DNA of 64,000 nt from the human T2T-CHM13v2.0 reference genome, Homo sapiens. The translations under genes were made by a program, and so were the position numbers. The notes below the pieces were generated by a model. It searched no databases. It had not been told where the DNA came from and saw only the letters and a program-made list of their open reading frames with translations. The DNA lies in the NCBI RefSeq assembly GCF_009914755.1, contig NC_060930.1. The stretch is one strand, 5' to 3'. Shown here piece by piece: positions 42,991-58,082 of the stretch (its first letter is position 1; each line of letters starts with the position of its first letter).

Positions 42991-43514
42991 TTGGTAGAAT
43001 GTTACAGCTTGTTTGGATAAAATTACAAATTATGAGGATACTACATCCAACTCCAAATACATTTCTCCTCCATAGATTCCTTAATTTAGTAAGAACATTA
43101 CTGTTACCAGGATCATCTGTTCCATCAAAATTTATATCTGTATTATCATCACAATTTAATTTCAGGGTCGTACTTTTAATGTTGACAATGATCTCAAGAT
43201 ATTTCACCTTTGAGAATGAATTCCAAAAGCTTTACTTTGATTACAGAAACCACATGGGGAAAAAAACGTATATTGGAATTAATGATTTTCAATTTGAAGC
43301 ATCTGCTAATACAAAATGGACATCCTTTGAGCTTGAGAAGCTCTGCTACTAATGGAGCCACATTTTCTGCTATTGCTTCCTGCTTCATGCATACACAAAA
43401 ACTTGAAAGTGAAAATGAGCAAAATTAACTTAAACTAACAACCAATTGATAGAAATAAAAACTCATGCTTTAAAGAGTGATATATAGGCACACCTTCTGT
43501 GGTCACATATGTAA

Positions 43515-43959
<445 letters not shown>

Positions 43960-45769
43960 TTACTTTTAATTTTTAAATTAAACATGCACTTTCATTTTTT
44001 AGGTCATTGTTGCATGTATTGCAAAATTCAGAAAGTATTGCCAAATAATGTGATAGATAAATCACTACACACTTAAAATTGGTAGATGACAAAATCACTG
44101 TAACAAGAGCATTCAAACTACTTTGCTATACATTTTAAGACTGGACTGTTCAGTCTCTATCTTTTACACATATGTGATGATGTTTATCTAGCTATAATAC
44201 TCTACGTTTCCTAGTGACTCTTCTAGGATCCTGGTGGTTTTGTGTAGCTTGCAGGCCCCACAGGCTGCAACAAAACTGGCTGTTACACTAAGGGGAGCAG
44301 CATCTAATACTTCTTCCATGATCTCCAAGACAAAAGGAATTTGTTGCTCATAACTGAGTGCCTTGTCCATTCTTGAATCTGGAAAGTTCTTTAAAAAATT
44401 AAAGGGAGAGAGATAGGCTACTGCTGATTATCTTTCCATGTATATATGTCTCATACCTACTACCAGGAAGAAAATGACAGAAGCTGGAAATAAAGTAGAG
44501 GTCTACCAAACTTATTCTGACTTATTTTTGTACAACTATTAATAATAATACTTGAATAAAAATTAAGAGACTTGGATATATACCAGCTGAACAGGATGCA
44601 AGGACAATAATGTAAACTAAGACTGTCCCACGCAAACTGGGATGGGTGATCACCCTTCATAGAAGCAAGCTTCTAATGGTATCAGATATTTAAGGACTAT
44701 TTGCTAAGGGCCAGGCCTTATGGTATTTTGATGATAAAACAGTAATGAAAATAGAATCCCTATTTCTTTCAGTAGGCCCAGTTTGCAGAGTTCACCTTTG
44801 TAAAGAGTACAGTTTTCAAAGACCATTCTCACCATCAACTCTTTTGTTTCAAGAAGCACACTGTCCCCTCTAACACCACTGGCTTCAAGAACTTTCCCAA
44901 CAATCATCCCAAAGGCAGCCAGCATAGCAGAGCATAATGTGCAGCATCTGTATTTATACTGCTTTGAGTATAGTACCCACTCCCAGCACTGACAGGATGG
45001 GCCATTGCTATAACCAGGCTTTCTCACTCAGCCTCTTCTCTTGGTGCAATTCAGCAGCTTCAAGAGCAGCCAAAGCCACAAGAATGTCAGGGTGATTATT
45101 GGCCAATGTCAAACTTACTTTAGAGCAGAGGCCCCTTAAGTTCAGGAGACAGATTTACCTTTCTTATAGGCTTAATAGAATTAAGCAAATCAGCACTTCC
45201 TGCTAAAGGCGGGCTGCACAACCACCATGCTACCAGTATCATTAAGGAACCACATGTGTTTAAAATAAAATTGTTTCGAACAGTGGGTCTCAAATACCTG
45301 CTATTCTGGCATACTTTTTGACTTTTAGATTGCTGTCAAGCTGTGATGACTTTAACCTTATTCTTTGAAACATTCTCCTTTCCCCTTTCTTTCTCTATTC
45401 ATTTCTCAAATTAAATTTCTTCTAATGAAAAGAGAAATAGAATATACTCAAAATATACTTGAGGGTCAAGTTGGTGTCATTTTTTTCCTTTTCTTATAAG
45501 ACATTTGCACTCCATTTCAACCAGTGGTCCCATTATTCCTCCTGTTTCCAAACAAGGAACACTGGCCTCCTCACTTTTCTCAGATCATGTCAGTTGCCAG
45601 TCTCTAGGCTTTGTCATATTTTTCTAAGATCTGACTCTTAAATTTCCTGCTTGCTCATCATTCCCATGCTATCTGTCCAGTCTGAGCCTTAATAACCTTT
45701 TCTCTGTGAGAATGAACCCAAATTTTCACCTTTACCACCCTGGTGTTACAAGCAGGAAAAGCCAGAATG

Positions 45770-45930
45770 GCTTGGTTTCTACCCCCACTCTGTTATCTAG
45801 TAGGTAAACTTTGATTATTTAACCTTTCTCTGCCTTAGTTTCTATCTGTAAACTGGGATAAATAATAGTACTTGTTCCATAGCAATGCTGTGAGGATTAA
45901 ATGAGTTATATGTAAAGTACTTAGCTCTGA
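45770..45930 (+). mobile_element. MIR
   Basis: tttaacctttctctgccttagtttctatctgtaaactggg ... tgtgaggattaaatgagtta..tgtaaagtacttag. Confidence 0.8.
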
Positions 45931-48900
45931 GGTACTTGGCTGTTATTTCACCCCTTATATCTCCAATCTGAGGTTCTGCAGGGGAACAAGTAGGGTAGAG
46001 ACACCATCCACCAACAGTGAATGTAGGAAAGCTTTGGAAAGTGCTTAAGGCAACTTTCTTATCTTAACAAGGCCAAGATTGCTTGATATAGAATCAGAGT
46101 AGTGTTACAAGAAGGAATATGGAGTTCCTCAAATAGAAGAGAGGGTGGTCTTCAGAAGGAAATCAGTCCTCAGGGTTTGGAAATATATGTTTGATTTCAG
46201 ATACTTCAAAAAGAACTGGACCTCAATCCAGAATGCAAACCTTGCACAAAAATCAGAACTTTTTCTCCATAATTTATTCAAGTAATTTAATTTAGCACAC
46301 TGATCACTGTTCTTTTCTGAACATCATAAATGTTCAAAAAATTTTCTAAAAAGCTGTTACCAAATACACATCTATCAAGTTTTTTTTTCTTTTAATGGGT
46401 CACACATTTATAACAAATTTGATACTTTATACTTATTTTGTGAAACACACAGAGCCAAGTCTCGGTATATAATTATAATTAATACACTGACTTTTTTTTC
46501 TCACACATTTAATGGCCAGAACAGTTGATTGATTAATTCATTGATTGGTGTTATTAAATCAGAAAAAATTCTTTAGAAAAGTTGCATGACTTTTCAAACT
46601 AAATTCTCTAGTAGTAAATTTAGGATAATTATACCAGGTCTAATGTTAAACTCACAGAAAGATAATGTAGGCAAAAGTGCCTTGTATCATGTCTAAACGT
46701 GCAACATTATTAAATCACATAGCTGTGGTTTCAGTTTTGATGTGTTTGTGTGTACACAATTAAGGGAACTACTTCATGGAAATTCAAACTACAGTTGCTA
46801 GCTAATTGCTCTACACCAACCCTCCAAGTTATACTCTGTTGTCATCTTCCCAGCCCCCACACTAATGAGTAATAATAATTGCTACCAATTATTAAGCTTC
46901 TATGGATTTTTTGACATTCAATTAGGTGTTTTATACATAATATCTCTAGACTCATACCTTTGGACCTACCTTAGACACACATGGCACTTCTGGAGCACAT
47001 AGTTAGGCTCTCTCTGTTCTCAGGTTTAGTTTGTCTTCATTAGTAACTCCTTTTGCTTCTCCATTATTCACAGCAAAGGTGTCTCAAGGGTCCTGACAGA
47101 GGATAGGCAGAAACACATCCCTGAAGAAACTTCAATCATTTTTTTACTCCATGTTACCAATGACCAAGCACAAATTCAAGCTATTGAGATGAGAGGCTGA
47201 GGACTGATAATCCTGTGTTCCCAGTCAAACTCAGCCCTACTATGGTTGTTCTTGAGCCTGCAGCCTCATCACCCAGACCTTCAGTGTGATCGTTTTATGG
47301 GCATCCCTCAGCTGGGTATTCCTCCAGGGAGCCCTCTCCATGCCTACCCACTTGACCTTCCACTTGACCTCCAACTGAACCAGTGCCTTGGTTCATTCAT
47401 GCTCTCATCTGCCTTCCTTTCTGGGCTCTGGTCCTTCACCAGTAGTCATCATACCCCCTTCCTCATGTTGTATCTTCTACATCCTTATGGCACCCTGAGA
47501 TGAATCATAGCATTTTTATCTCCCATCTGTTTCTTCTGCCAGGTAATTGGAAAGGGAAACTAGAGCTTTGAGAATAAAAGAGACCAGGGAAGGCACCAGG
47601 GTGGGTTTCTGTTTTGGTTTGCTGCATATTTTGGTATTTATTGTTTTCCTTTGCATATTTGTTCATCTATTCCTCTTGTCTTAAAAAAAAAAAAAAAAGG
47701 TATTTCATCTCCTGCCACCAGAACTCACTAGTTCCTCATAGAAGATCCATATCTCCTTGAAATCATAACGTTTGGATCTTATTGAATAATAAGAAAACTA
47801 TTTCCTTCCTAAATGTGAGCTACATTAAAATCCCTCTTCAATTAACTTCCATTACTGGGGAGGATCACTATTCCGGAACTGAATCATTTCTTCCTGTTTG
47901 TTTGCCCTTTTATTATATGGAAAATGAGAGAGTTCTGTTATAGAAAAATGTGTCTCTAATCCTCACATCAACATTCCAAATAAGGCACTGGGTCTTAACA
48001 TATGAAGATCTGCTAAATTTATTCAAATTTTATACTAAATCATTGGCAGAAGTAGAAAGTTTGATGCAACGTTTATTAAACCAAGCTTTTGGACAGGAAA
48101 TGGCATCAAAATATATTCAGAAGGAAATTTTAAAATATCTGAAATTCTGACAATATGCAGAGTACTACTAATACTGTTACTATTACAAGTAACTAACATC
48201 ATAACTATCATGTGATATAAGCCTCCTCAAAGAGATATGTTGACCTCATTCGCCTAGAGTGATAAAGGAAATTCCTCTCACTCTCCTGATCCTGCCCAAT
48301 CCTTTACTCTCTCATGGCCCACTACCCTATTGTTCTCTTATCTGTGCTTCATGAACTGGTCTGTCCTCCCTATTATCAGAAACCAATTTACAAAGAACAG
48401 TTCTCGTGAATGTCACCCTGCTAGGTAATCAAAGAGAATTATTACTACAGAAAATCATTAAGAAATGATGTTTAAAACTACAGAGAGCTAATTAGTTATA
48501 TTTCTAAAAACAGAAAAGCTGACCCTGGGAATTTCATTGAGCTAACTTGGCCTGTCAGTGGTGGGGCTAGAGAAAGAAGTTGGAGTCCTTACTGATTATA
48601 ATCTTTACCACGGTTCTTATACAAATGTCTAAACTTGGAGATAATCAAATGTTTATTGTTTTTGGTTTGCATCTGTCAAGATATTCTTTTATCTTTGGGG
48701 TCTAAACAAAAACAAAGTTACCAAAGTCATTTTAAGTGATTTTACTTCTTACTAAACATAAATTCTTTAGTGATTTTAAATGAAGTTAAATACTACAGAT
48801 ACGAGATCAGGCTATAAGACCGTTCTTGGCACTCGCTATGGATAATTGCACCCTATATTTTATTCATCAGTGTGGCTTTTATTAGGGAACATCACCATTC

Positions 48901-49508
48901 TGGGATGACACAGTTATGTTTAACTTTGCTTTATTTTTGAGCTACTGTCTGGTGATTCTGCTGCTGCCTGATGGAAAGGTCAGGGCCCTGCAAAAGCAGC
49001 TGGCACCTTGCCAGGTGGGCTCCTGGAGTAGCAGAACCTGGCCTGGCAGCAGCATGTCTTGACCCCAGCCCTGCAATGCAATGCCATGATTTCATATGAT
49101 CCAAGATGTCCCCCAAATCAGGAGGAGTGTCTTTTGGTATGCATGACTATCACAAACATTTTAATGTGTATTTAACAACAGCCTATAACAGCAACAAAGA
49201 TTCATGGAAAAGCCAAGTCAGTCTGATCCAGTAGTCTTTATTTCTTATTTAAATAGAAGTTCCTATCCATTTTGAAATCACTGCCCAGATTTTTTTTATC
49301 TTGAATATATATTATATTCTGGCTAGGCACAAAGTGTCTTTAAACATTTTATGGAACGTTTTGCCTAACTCCAGTAGAGTAAAGTAGAAGACAGCCAGTA
49401 GAGGTATTTTTTTCAATGCAGAAGTTTAATGAGTAGGTTCAAAGTATTCTGGAAGATATTGTTCGAAATCTTGTACTTAACTTCTGAATTTAAAGATCCT
49501 GAAGATAG

Positions 49509-49800
49509 GGCCGGACGTGTTGTCTTACATCTGTAATGTAATCCCAGCACTTTGGGAGGCCGAAGTGGGCAGATCACGAGGTCAGGAGATCAAGACCATC
49601 CTGTCTAACACAGTGAAACCCCATCTCTACCAAAAATACAAAAAATTAGCCAGCCGTGGGCACCTGTAGTCCCAGCTACTTAGGAGGCTAAGGCAGGAGG
49701 ATGGCCTGAACCCAGGGAGGCAGAGCTTGCAGTGAGCCGAGATATCGCCACTGCACTCCAGCCTGGGCAACAGAGCGAGACTCCATCTCAAAAAAAAAAA
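49509..49800 (+). mobile_element. AluY
   Basis: gatcacgaggtcaggagatcaagaccatcc, gagcttgcagtgag; 16-bp TSD aaagatcctgaagata at 49492-49507 and 49801-49816. Confidence 0.93.
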
Positions 49801-50342
49801 AAAGATCCTGAAGATAAACAGAGATTGCTGATGAGAGTGAGGAGGTCTGAACATGGAGATCCAGGGCTACTTATCCTAAAGTGAGAGAAGCCAAATTCAA
49901 AAGGCAGGTAAATTAGTTATTCCTCTGTAGGAGGAGGGGAAAACTCTTAACAGAGAAAGGAGTGTTTAGAAACAAGCAGGATGAATGTTTTGGCAAAAGA
50001 ATGAATGCTGATTTTTATTATGTGAAGGAACTTGTGAAAACACAATCAGTTTCAGAAAAGAACATGGAAGAGAAAATTAAGTTCATATGGAAGAAATTGA
50101 AAATAAAATTAGCTGAGTCATAGGTTGTGAAAGAGATTATCTACCTGCTCCTGATTCTCCTGCATTCACCACCCTAACAACGTATCTGTGAAAAATCTTT
50201 AAACATGCCAAATTTCAAAAGCACTCTAATTTAAACCTACTGATCAATCTTTTTAATTTTTGGATATTATAATCTGTAACTCCTGCAACATGGGCATCCA
50301 TTAGCTGACTCAAGCTTAGACCTCAGAAACACAGCAAACTGG

Positions 50343-52707
50343 TGATGTGGTTAGGCTGTGTCCCCACCCAAATCTCATCTTGAATTGCAGTTCCCATAAT
50401 CCCCATGTGTCATGGTAGAGACCCAGGGAGAGGTAGTTGAATCATGGGGTGGTTACCCCCATGCTATTCTCTGATAGTGAGTGATTTCTCATGAGATCTG
50501 ATGGTTTTATAAGGGGCTTTTCTCCCTTTTGCTCGGAACTTCTCCTTTCTGCCATCATGTGAAGAAGAATGTGTTTGCTTCCCCTTCCACTATGATTATT
50601 AGTTTCCTGAGACATTCATGAGACATGTGGAACCGTGAGTCAATTAAACTTCTTTTCTTTAAAAATTACCCAGTCTCAGGTAGTTCTTTATAGCAACATT
50701 AGAACAGACTAACACAGTAAATTGGTACAAGGAGTGGGACACTACGATGATACCCAAAAATGTGGAATCAACTTTGGAACTGGGTAACAGGCAGAGGTTG
50801 GAACAGGTTGGAGGGCTCAAAAGAGGACAGGAAAATGTGGGAAAGTTTGGAACTTCCTAGAGACTTGGAGGGCTCAGAAGACAGGAAGATGTGGGAAAGT
50901 TTGGAACTTCCTAGAGACTTGTTGAATGGCTTTGACCAGAATGCTGGTAGTGATATTGACAATGAAGTCCAGGCTGAGGTGGTCTCAGACAGAGATGGGA
51001 AACTTTTTGGGAACTGAAGTAAAGGTCACTCTTCATATGCAAAGAGACTGGCAGCATTTGTCCCTGTCCCAGAGATCTGTGGAACTTTGAACTTAAGAGA
51101 GATGATTTAGTGTAAGTGGTAGAAAAAAATTCTAAGAGACAAAGTGTTCAAGAGGAAGCAGAGCATAAAAGTTTGGAAAATTTGCAGGCTGGCAATGCAA
51201 TAGAAAAAGAAAATCCCATTTTCTGGGGAAAAATTCAAGCTGGCTGTAGAAATTTGCATAAGTAATGAGAAGCCAAATATTAATCACCAAGACAATGGGG
51301 AATATGTCTCCAGGGCATGTCAGAGACCTTCCCAGCAGTCCCTCCCATCACTGGCCCTGAGGCCCAGAAGGGAAAAATGGCTTCAGAGGCCAGGCCCAGG
51401 GCCCCCTTTCTCTGTGCAGCCTCAGGACATGGTGCCCTGTATCCCAGCTGCTTCAGCTCCAGCTGTGGCTAAAAGGGACCAAGGTAGAGCTCAGGCCATT
51501 GCTTCAGAGGGTGTAAGCCCCAACCTTGGCAGCATCCACATGGTGTTGGGCCTGCAGGTGTGCAGAAGTCAAGAATTAAGGTTTGGGAACCTTTGCCTAG
51601 ATTTCAGGAGATGTATCGAAATGCCTGGATGTCCAGCAGAAGTTTGCTGCAGGAGCAGAGCCCTCATGGAGAATCTCTGCTAGGGCAGTGTGGAAGGGAA
51701 ATGTGAGGTTGGAGCCTCCACACAGAGTCCCCATGGGCGCACTGCCTAGTGGAGCTGTGAGAAGAGGGCCACCGTCCGCCAGACCCCAGAATGGTAAATT
51801 TACCAACAGCTTATGCTGTGCACCTGGAAAAGCCACAGACACTCAATGCCAGCCCGTGAAAGCAGCCAGGAAGGGGACTGTACCTTGCAAAGCCACAGGG
51901 GCAGAGCTGCCCAAGGCTGTGGGAGCCCACCTCTTGCATCAGCATGACCTGGATGGGAGACATGGAGTGAAAGGAGATCTTTTTGGAACTTTTAAGGTTT
52001 AATGACTGCCCTATTGGATTTCGGACTTGCATGGGGCCTGGAGCCAATTCTTTTGGCCAATTTATCCCAATGGGCCATATTTGGAATGGGCATATTTACC
52101 CAATAGGTTTATTTACCCAGTGCCTTTGCCCCCATTGTATCCAGGAAGTAACTAACTTGCTTTTGATTTTATAGGCTCATAGGTGGAAGGGGCTTGCCTT
52201 TTCTCAGATAAGACTTTGGACTTGGACTTTTGAGTTAACGCTGGAATGAGTTAAGACTTTGGGGGACTATGGGAAGGGTGTAATTGTTTTGAAATGTGAG
52301 GGCATGAGATTTAGGAAGGACTACAGGTGGAATGATGTGGTTTAACTGTGTCCCCACCAAAATCTCATCTCGAATTGTAGTTCCTATAATCCCCACGTGT
52401 CACGGGAGGGACTCAGTGGGAGATAATTGAATCATGCGGGAGGTTACCCTCATGCTGTTCTTGTGATAATGAGTGATTTCTCATGAGATCTAATGGTTTC
52501 ATAAGAGACTTTTCCCCTTTTTGCTTGGCACTTCTCCTTCCTGCTATTATGTGAAGAAGGATGTGTTTGGTTCCCCTTCTGCCATGATTGTAAGTTTCCT
52601 GAGGCCTCCTAAGCCATGTGGAACTGTGAGTTAAATAAACTTCTTTTCTTTAGAGATTACCAGTCTTAGGCAGTTTTTTAATAGCAGCATGAAAGTGGAC
52701 AAATACA
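50343..52707 (+). mobile_element. THE1C/D full-length MaLR provirus (LTR 50343-50716, internal 50717-52332, LTR 52333-52707)
   Basis: Two tgatgtgg...aca LTRs; internal gtaaattggtac start and THE1-int ORF remnants (WNWVTGRGWNRLEGS); TSD actgg/cctgg. Confidence 0.95.
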
Positions 52708-53164
52708 CCTGGCTAGGCAGATGAAGAGTAAGATCAAGCATCCACTCTATTTCCTGGAATATCAGAGACTCAGGTGCTGGACCACTGGCCAGAAAGCCTG
52801 GAAGCTACTCTTCTCTTATGAGATGTCCATGGTGATTTATTTCTTCCTCACCCACACATCTATCCAAATGCTTTTAAACCTTCATACACTGACTTTATTA
52901 TAACTTGAACTTCTACTCATCTTATATTGACCCGACTAAATTATCTCTCATTCACAAAGTGTTGTCTTTCATCAACTGCCTGACGAATGATGATTTTTGA
53001 GAATTACCAATAGTCTGGGAATTCTGCTGCTTACCTGGGAGAAAGGGGTCTCTGTCTAAGAAGCAGTGAACAATATTTGGATGGATCTGGAATTAGTATC
53101 ACGCCCTTGCTAGGAAGAAGCAAATCTGTGGCTCTTTCCTGCAATCCCCCAAAAAAAAAAAAAG

Positions 53165-53270
53165 TTTTTTTAAGAAAATAGTTTCATTGATATGCAATTT
53201 ATATACCACAATGTTCACCTATTTAAAATGTACAATTTAGTCAATGGTTTTAATATATCTACAGAGTTTT
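53165..53270 (-). mobile_element. L1MB 3'-terminal fragment
   Basis: tttcattgatatgcaatttatataccacaatgttcacctatttaaaatgtacaatt preceded by a T-tract. Confidence 0.7.
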
Positions 53271-53271
53271 A

Positions 53272-56200
53272 CAGAGGAAGGAATTCAAAGGCTTCAGGAA
53301 GAGTGGAGTTGTCATTTAAGACCTACTCACCCACACCAGGGGGTTCAGACAACATACTTTCCCCCAATACTTTGTGAAATGCATTTGTGAAGGGAGTCCT
53401 GGTATCCCTAGAGAGCTTGGTGATAGTGATTGTGCTTCCCTGTAGGCCAAACTTTAGAGAGTGAGAACCATATCCAGCCACTCAACTGGAAAATCTAAAT
53501 GCAACAGGAGTAATTGGATCCTGGGGTGCCCAAGTGGCAGCACTCAACCACCAAGGACAAGGCGACCATAGTTACTCTAGTGCTCAGTAGAGTCACATCA
53601 GCAATCAGAAGACTGACGCACAGACCTATAGCACTGGCTAATTGAACAGTGTTCCTGGAAGTGAAACAGATAGGAAGCCTACTAAATTTTTACTTGGTCT
53701 GTATAAGCAGAAAAATTCTGGGTCAAGTGAACAAAAGTCTAACTTGAATAATAAAGACAGAGTTACTGACCTCAAGTTCTGGATTTGAGCCAGGTTGCAG
53801 ACCCAGAATCCCTTGAATAAAGGGGAGGATAGGTCCACTCAAGAAAGGACCCTGGTATACTACCAAAATTGTTTATTGTTAGTCTTTCTCCCAGCCTTCC
53901 CCAAAGAGACCCATGGCCTTTTACCAAGTAACTATGCATTGAGAAAAAGGAAATAATCGGACCTTTCAGGGATTTTTGGTCACTGGCTCTAAACTTATAC
54001 TGATTTCAGGAGACCCAAAACATTACAATGGCTCTCCAGTCAGAATAGGGCCTTATAAAGATCAGGTGATTATAATAGAGTTTTAGCTTAGGTCCATCTT
54101 AAATTAAAGTGCATCCCTGAGTGGTCACTAAGTGGGTCCCTGAACCCATCCTGTGATCATTTCCCCAGCTACCAACTGCATAATTGGAATAGACTTACTT
54201 AGCAGTTAGCAAAATCCCAAAATTCATTCCTTGATCTGTAAGATGATGCCTACTATTGTGGGAAAGGCCAAGAGGAAGCCATTAGAACTATCTGTACCTA
54301 GGAAAACAGTAAATCAAATGCAATACTGTACTCCTGGAGGGATTTCAGTGGTTGCTGCCGTCACCAAGGACTTGAAAAATGCAGGGGTGTGGATTCCCAT
54401 CACATCCCCATTCAATTCTCCTATTTGTCACTGTTCAAAAGACAGATGGATCTTGGAGAATGACAGTGGATTATCATAAACTTAACCAAGTGGTGGCTCC
54501 AAATGCATCAGCTGTACCAGATATGGATTTATTGCTTGAGTAAATTAACACATAACCTGCTACCTGATATGTAGCTATTGATTTGGCAAATGCGTTTTTC
54601 TCCATCTCTGTTCACAAAACCTACTAGAAGTAATTTACTTTCAGCTGGAAAGGCAAGAAGCACTTCACTGTCCTACTTCGGGGGTCTATACAGCCCTCCA
54701 GCTCTATGGCATAATTAAGTTCACAAGGATCTTGATCATCTTTCCCTTCCATAAGATACCACACTGGTCCATTACATTGATGACATTATGTTAATCGGAC
54801 CTAATGAGCTAGATGTAGCAGCTTCTCTACACTAACTGATAAGACATTTGCATGTCAGAGAATGGTAAATAAATTTAGAATCCTTCTACCTCGGTGAAAT
54901 TTCTAGGGCCCCAGTTATGTGGAACATATTGAGATATTCCTTCTAAGATAAAATATAAATTGTTGCATCTGGTCCCTCTTACAACCAAGAATGAGGCACA
55001 ACATCTACTGGGCCTATTGGGATTTTGAAGAAATCATATTTCTCAATTGGGTGTGTGACTTCAACCCATTTACTGAGTGACCTGAAAAGCTTTTAGTTTT
55101 GATTGGTGCTCAGAAAAAGAGAAAAGCTCTGCAACAAGTCCAGTCTGCTGTACATGTTGCTCTGCTACTTGAGCCATACAGTCCAGCAGATCCAGTGGTA
55201 TTTGAAGTGTTAGTAGCAGATAAGTATGCAGTTTGGAGCCTCTGACAGGCTCTTTTAGGTGACCTGCAGCACAGGCCTTTAGAATTTTGTAGCAAGGTCC
55301 TACCATCATCCCCAAATAACTACTCTCATTTTGAGAGACAGCTCTTGGCCTGATAATGGACCTTGGTAGTAACTGAATTCCTGACCATGAGCCACCAAGT
55401 TACCATATGATCTGAGCTGCCCAACATGAGCCGGGTATTATCTGACCCACCAAGCCATAAAGCTGGGCATGTACAGCAACAGTCTATGTCAAATGGAAGA
55501 GGTATATATGTGATGGAGCCTGAATAGGCCCTGAAAGCACAAGTAAGTACATGAAGAAGTGGCTCAAATGCCCATGCTTCCTACTCCTGCTACACTGCCT
55601 TCTTTCTCCCAGCCTGCACCTGGGACCTCATGAGGAGTTTCCTACAATTCATTGATAAAGGAAGAGAAGACTCAGGCCTGGCTTATAAATGGTTCTGTGT
55701 GATATGCAGGCACCACTCAAAAGTGGACAACTATAGCACTACAGCTACTCTCTGAGACATCCCTGAAGGGCAGTGGTAAAGATTAATCTTCACAGTGGGA
55801 AGAATTCCAGGTAGTACACCTGGTTATACACTTTTATTGGAAGGGAAAATGATTATATGTGTTATTATACACTGACTCATAGGCTGTAGCTAATGGTTTA
55901 GTAGGAGCATCAGGGACTTGGAGGGAACATGATTAGAAAACTGGTAACAAATACATTTGGAGAAGAGGTATGTGGAAAACCCTCTTTTAAATGGGAAAAA
56001 ATCATACAGACATTTGTGTCCTTGTGAATACTCACCAAAGGATGATATTAGAAGAGGAATATTTTAATAACCAAGTGTCTGGGATTACTCATTCCATGGA
56101 TACCAGTAAGCTTCCTTCCCCACTCACCCCTGTCATTGCCCAGTGGACTCATGAGCAAAGTGGCCCTGATGGCAGGAAGGATGTTATGCATGGGCTCAGC

Positions 56201-58082
56201 AACATGGACTTCTATTCAGCAAGGCCAACCTGGCTGTAGCCACTGATTAGTGCCCAATATGCCAGTAGCAGAGACCAACACTGAACCCCTGATAAGGCAC
56301 CATTCCTCAAAGTAATCAGCCAGTTATCTGGTGGCAGGCTTATTACATTTGACCACTTTAATCATAGAAAGGGAAGCAAATTATCCTTACTGAAATAGGC
56401 ACTTACTTTGTATATGTATTTGCTTTCCCTACTTGAAATGCTTCTGCTAAAAATACAATCCATGAATTTACAGAATGAATGATGCACTGTAATAGTATTC
56501 CATACAGCATTGCTTCTGATCAAGGAACTCACTTCACAGCAAAAGAGATAAAGCAATAAGCCCATGCCCATGGAATTCATTGGTCTTACCATGTTCCCCA
56601 CCATCATGAAGTGGCTGGCTTGATAGAGCGACAGAATGACCTTTTGAAGACACAGTTACAGAGTCAGCTATGTGGTAATGCCTTGCAGGGTGGGGCTAGG
56701 TTTTCCAGAAGGCTGTATATGTTGAGTCAGCATCTAATATACGATGCTGTTTCTCTGATAGCTGGGATTTATAGATCCAGGAATCAAGGTGGGAAAATGG
56801 GAATGAGACCACTCGCTCTTACCCCTAGTGACCCACTAGCAACATTTCTGCTCCACGTTTTTGTGACTTTATGCTCTGCTGGCCTAGAAGTTTTAGTTCC
56901 AGAGGGAGAACTACTCCCACCAGGAAACACAACAATAATCCATTGAACTGTACATGAAGACTTCCACCTGGTCACTTTGGGCTCCTTACGCCTCTGAGTC
57001 AACAGGCAAAGAAGAGATTTATGGTATTGGCTGGGGTGATTGATCTGGATTATGAAAGAGTACTTGGACTACTTCTATACAATGGAGGTAAGGAAGAGTA
57101 TGTCTGAAATACAGGAGATCCCTTAGGGCAGTGGTCCCCAACTCTTTTGGCATCAGGGAGTGGTTTTGTAGAAGACAATTTTTCCATGGATGGGTATGGG
57201 GATGGTTTCAGAATGAAATTGTTCCACCCCAGATCATCAGGCATTTGTTAGATTCTCATAAGAAGCATGCAACCTAGATCCCTCACATGTGCATTTCACA
57301 ATATAGTACATGCTTCTATGAAAATTTAATGCCACTGCTGATCTGACAGAAGGCAAGCTCAGGTAACAATGCTCACTCACCCACTACTCACGTTCTGTTG
57401 TGTGGCCTGGGTTCCTAACAGGCCACAGACTGGTATGGGTCCAGGGCCTGGGAGTTGAGGACCCCTGCCTTAGGGTGTCTCTTAGTATTACCATGTCCTG
57501 TGATTACAGTCAATGGAAAACTATAACAACATAACAACCGGCCCAGACTCTTCAGGAATGAAAATTTGGGTCACTCCATCAGATAAAGACCCATGACCCA
57601 CTGAGGCGCTTGCTGAAGGTAAAGAAAATAGAATGGGTAGAAGAATGAGTGGTAGAAGGAGTTACAGGCACCAGCTGTGACCACATGACAAGTTATAGCA
57701 ACAAGGACTGTAATTTTCATGAATATTTCCTCTTTTTTATGAATATATTTGTGTATGTATCTATATATATACATATATATAAAGCAATTATCTTCATTTT
57801 CTTTCCCTTCTAATTCTTTTATCATGTAACATGAGATGTGTTGACTTTATATTGTATTTAAGTATCATTAATTTCACATTATAGTATTTGAGTTATAGGC
57901 TATCAGGAGAAGAATAGACATCACTCAAGTACTTTACCTTCCCTCCTAGGGAAGGAGTTAGCACATTTTTTATTGTATGCAGGATAGTTGTGTCATGTCA
58001 GGCAGAATTATGACCTTGTTTTCAGAGATTAAGTATAGTTTAGGAAGATGTGTACAGGTGTCAAGTTTACAAGGCATTAGTT
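53272..58082 (+). mobile_element. ERV-L internal region (gag-pol-dUTPase, no env), 5' portion missing
   Basis: RT motifs SPFNSPI (54405) and HYIDDI (cattacattgatgacatt, 54770); integrase-like attgcttctgatcaagg; dUTPase-like LEVLVPEGELLPPGNTTII; many stops. Confidence 0.92.
57129..57467 (+). mobile_element. MER1B hAT-Charlie MITE nested in ERV-L
   Basis: TIRs cagtggtccccaac / gttgaggacccctg; perfect 8-bp TSD CCTTAGGG at 57121-57128 and 57468-57475. Confidence 0.93.

Noticed and set aside
42999-43428. Plus-strand ORFs of 117 and 72 aa
   Set aside because: Antisense shadows of the decayed hAT transposase; no recognisable domain.
50808-50922. Tandem duplication (LEGSEDRKMWESLELPRD twice) in THE1 internal region
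   Set aside because: I recall this duplication as a common feature of THE1C/D internal sequences, so it is probably not locus-specific.
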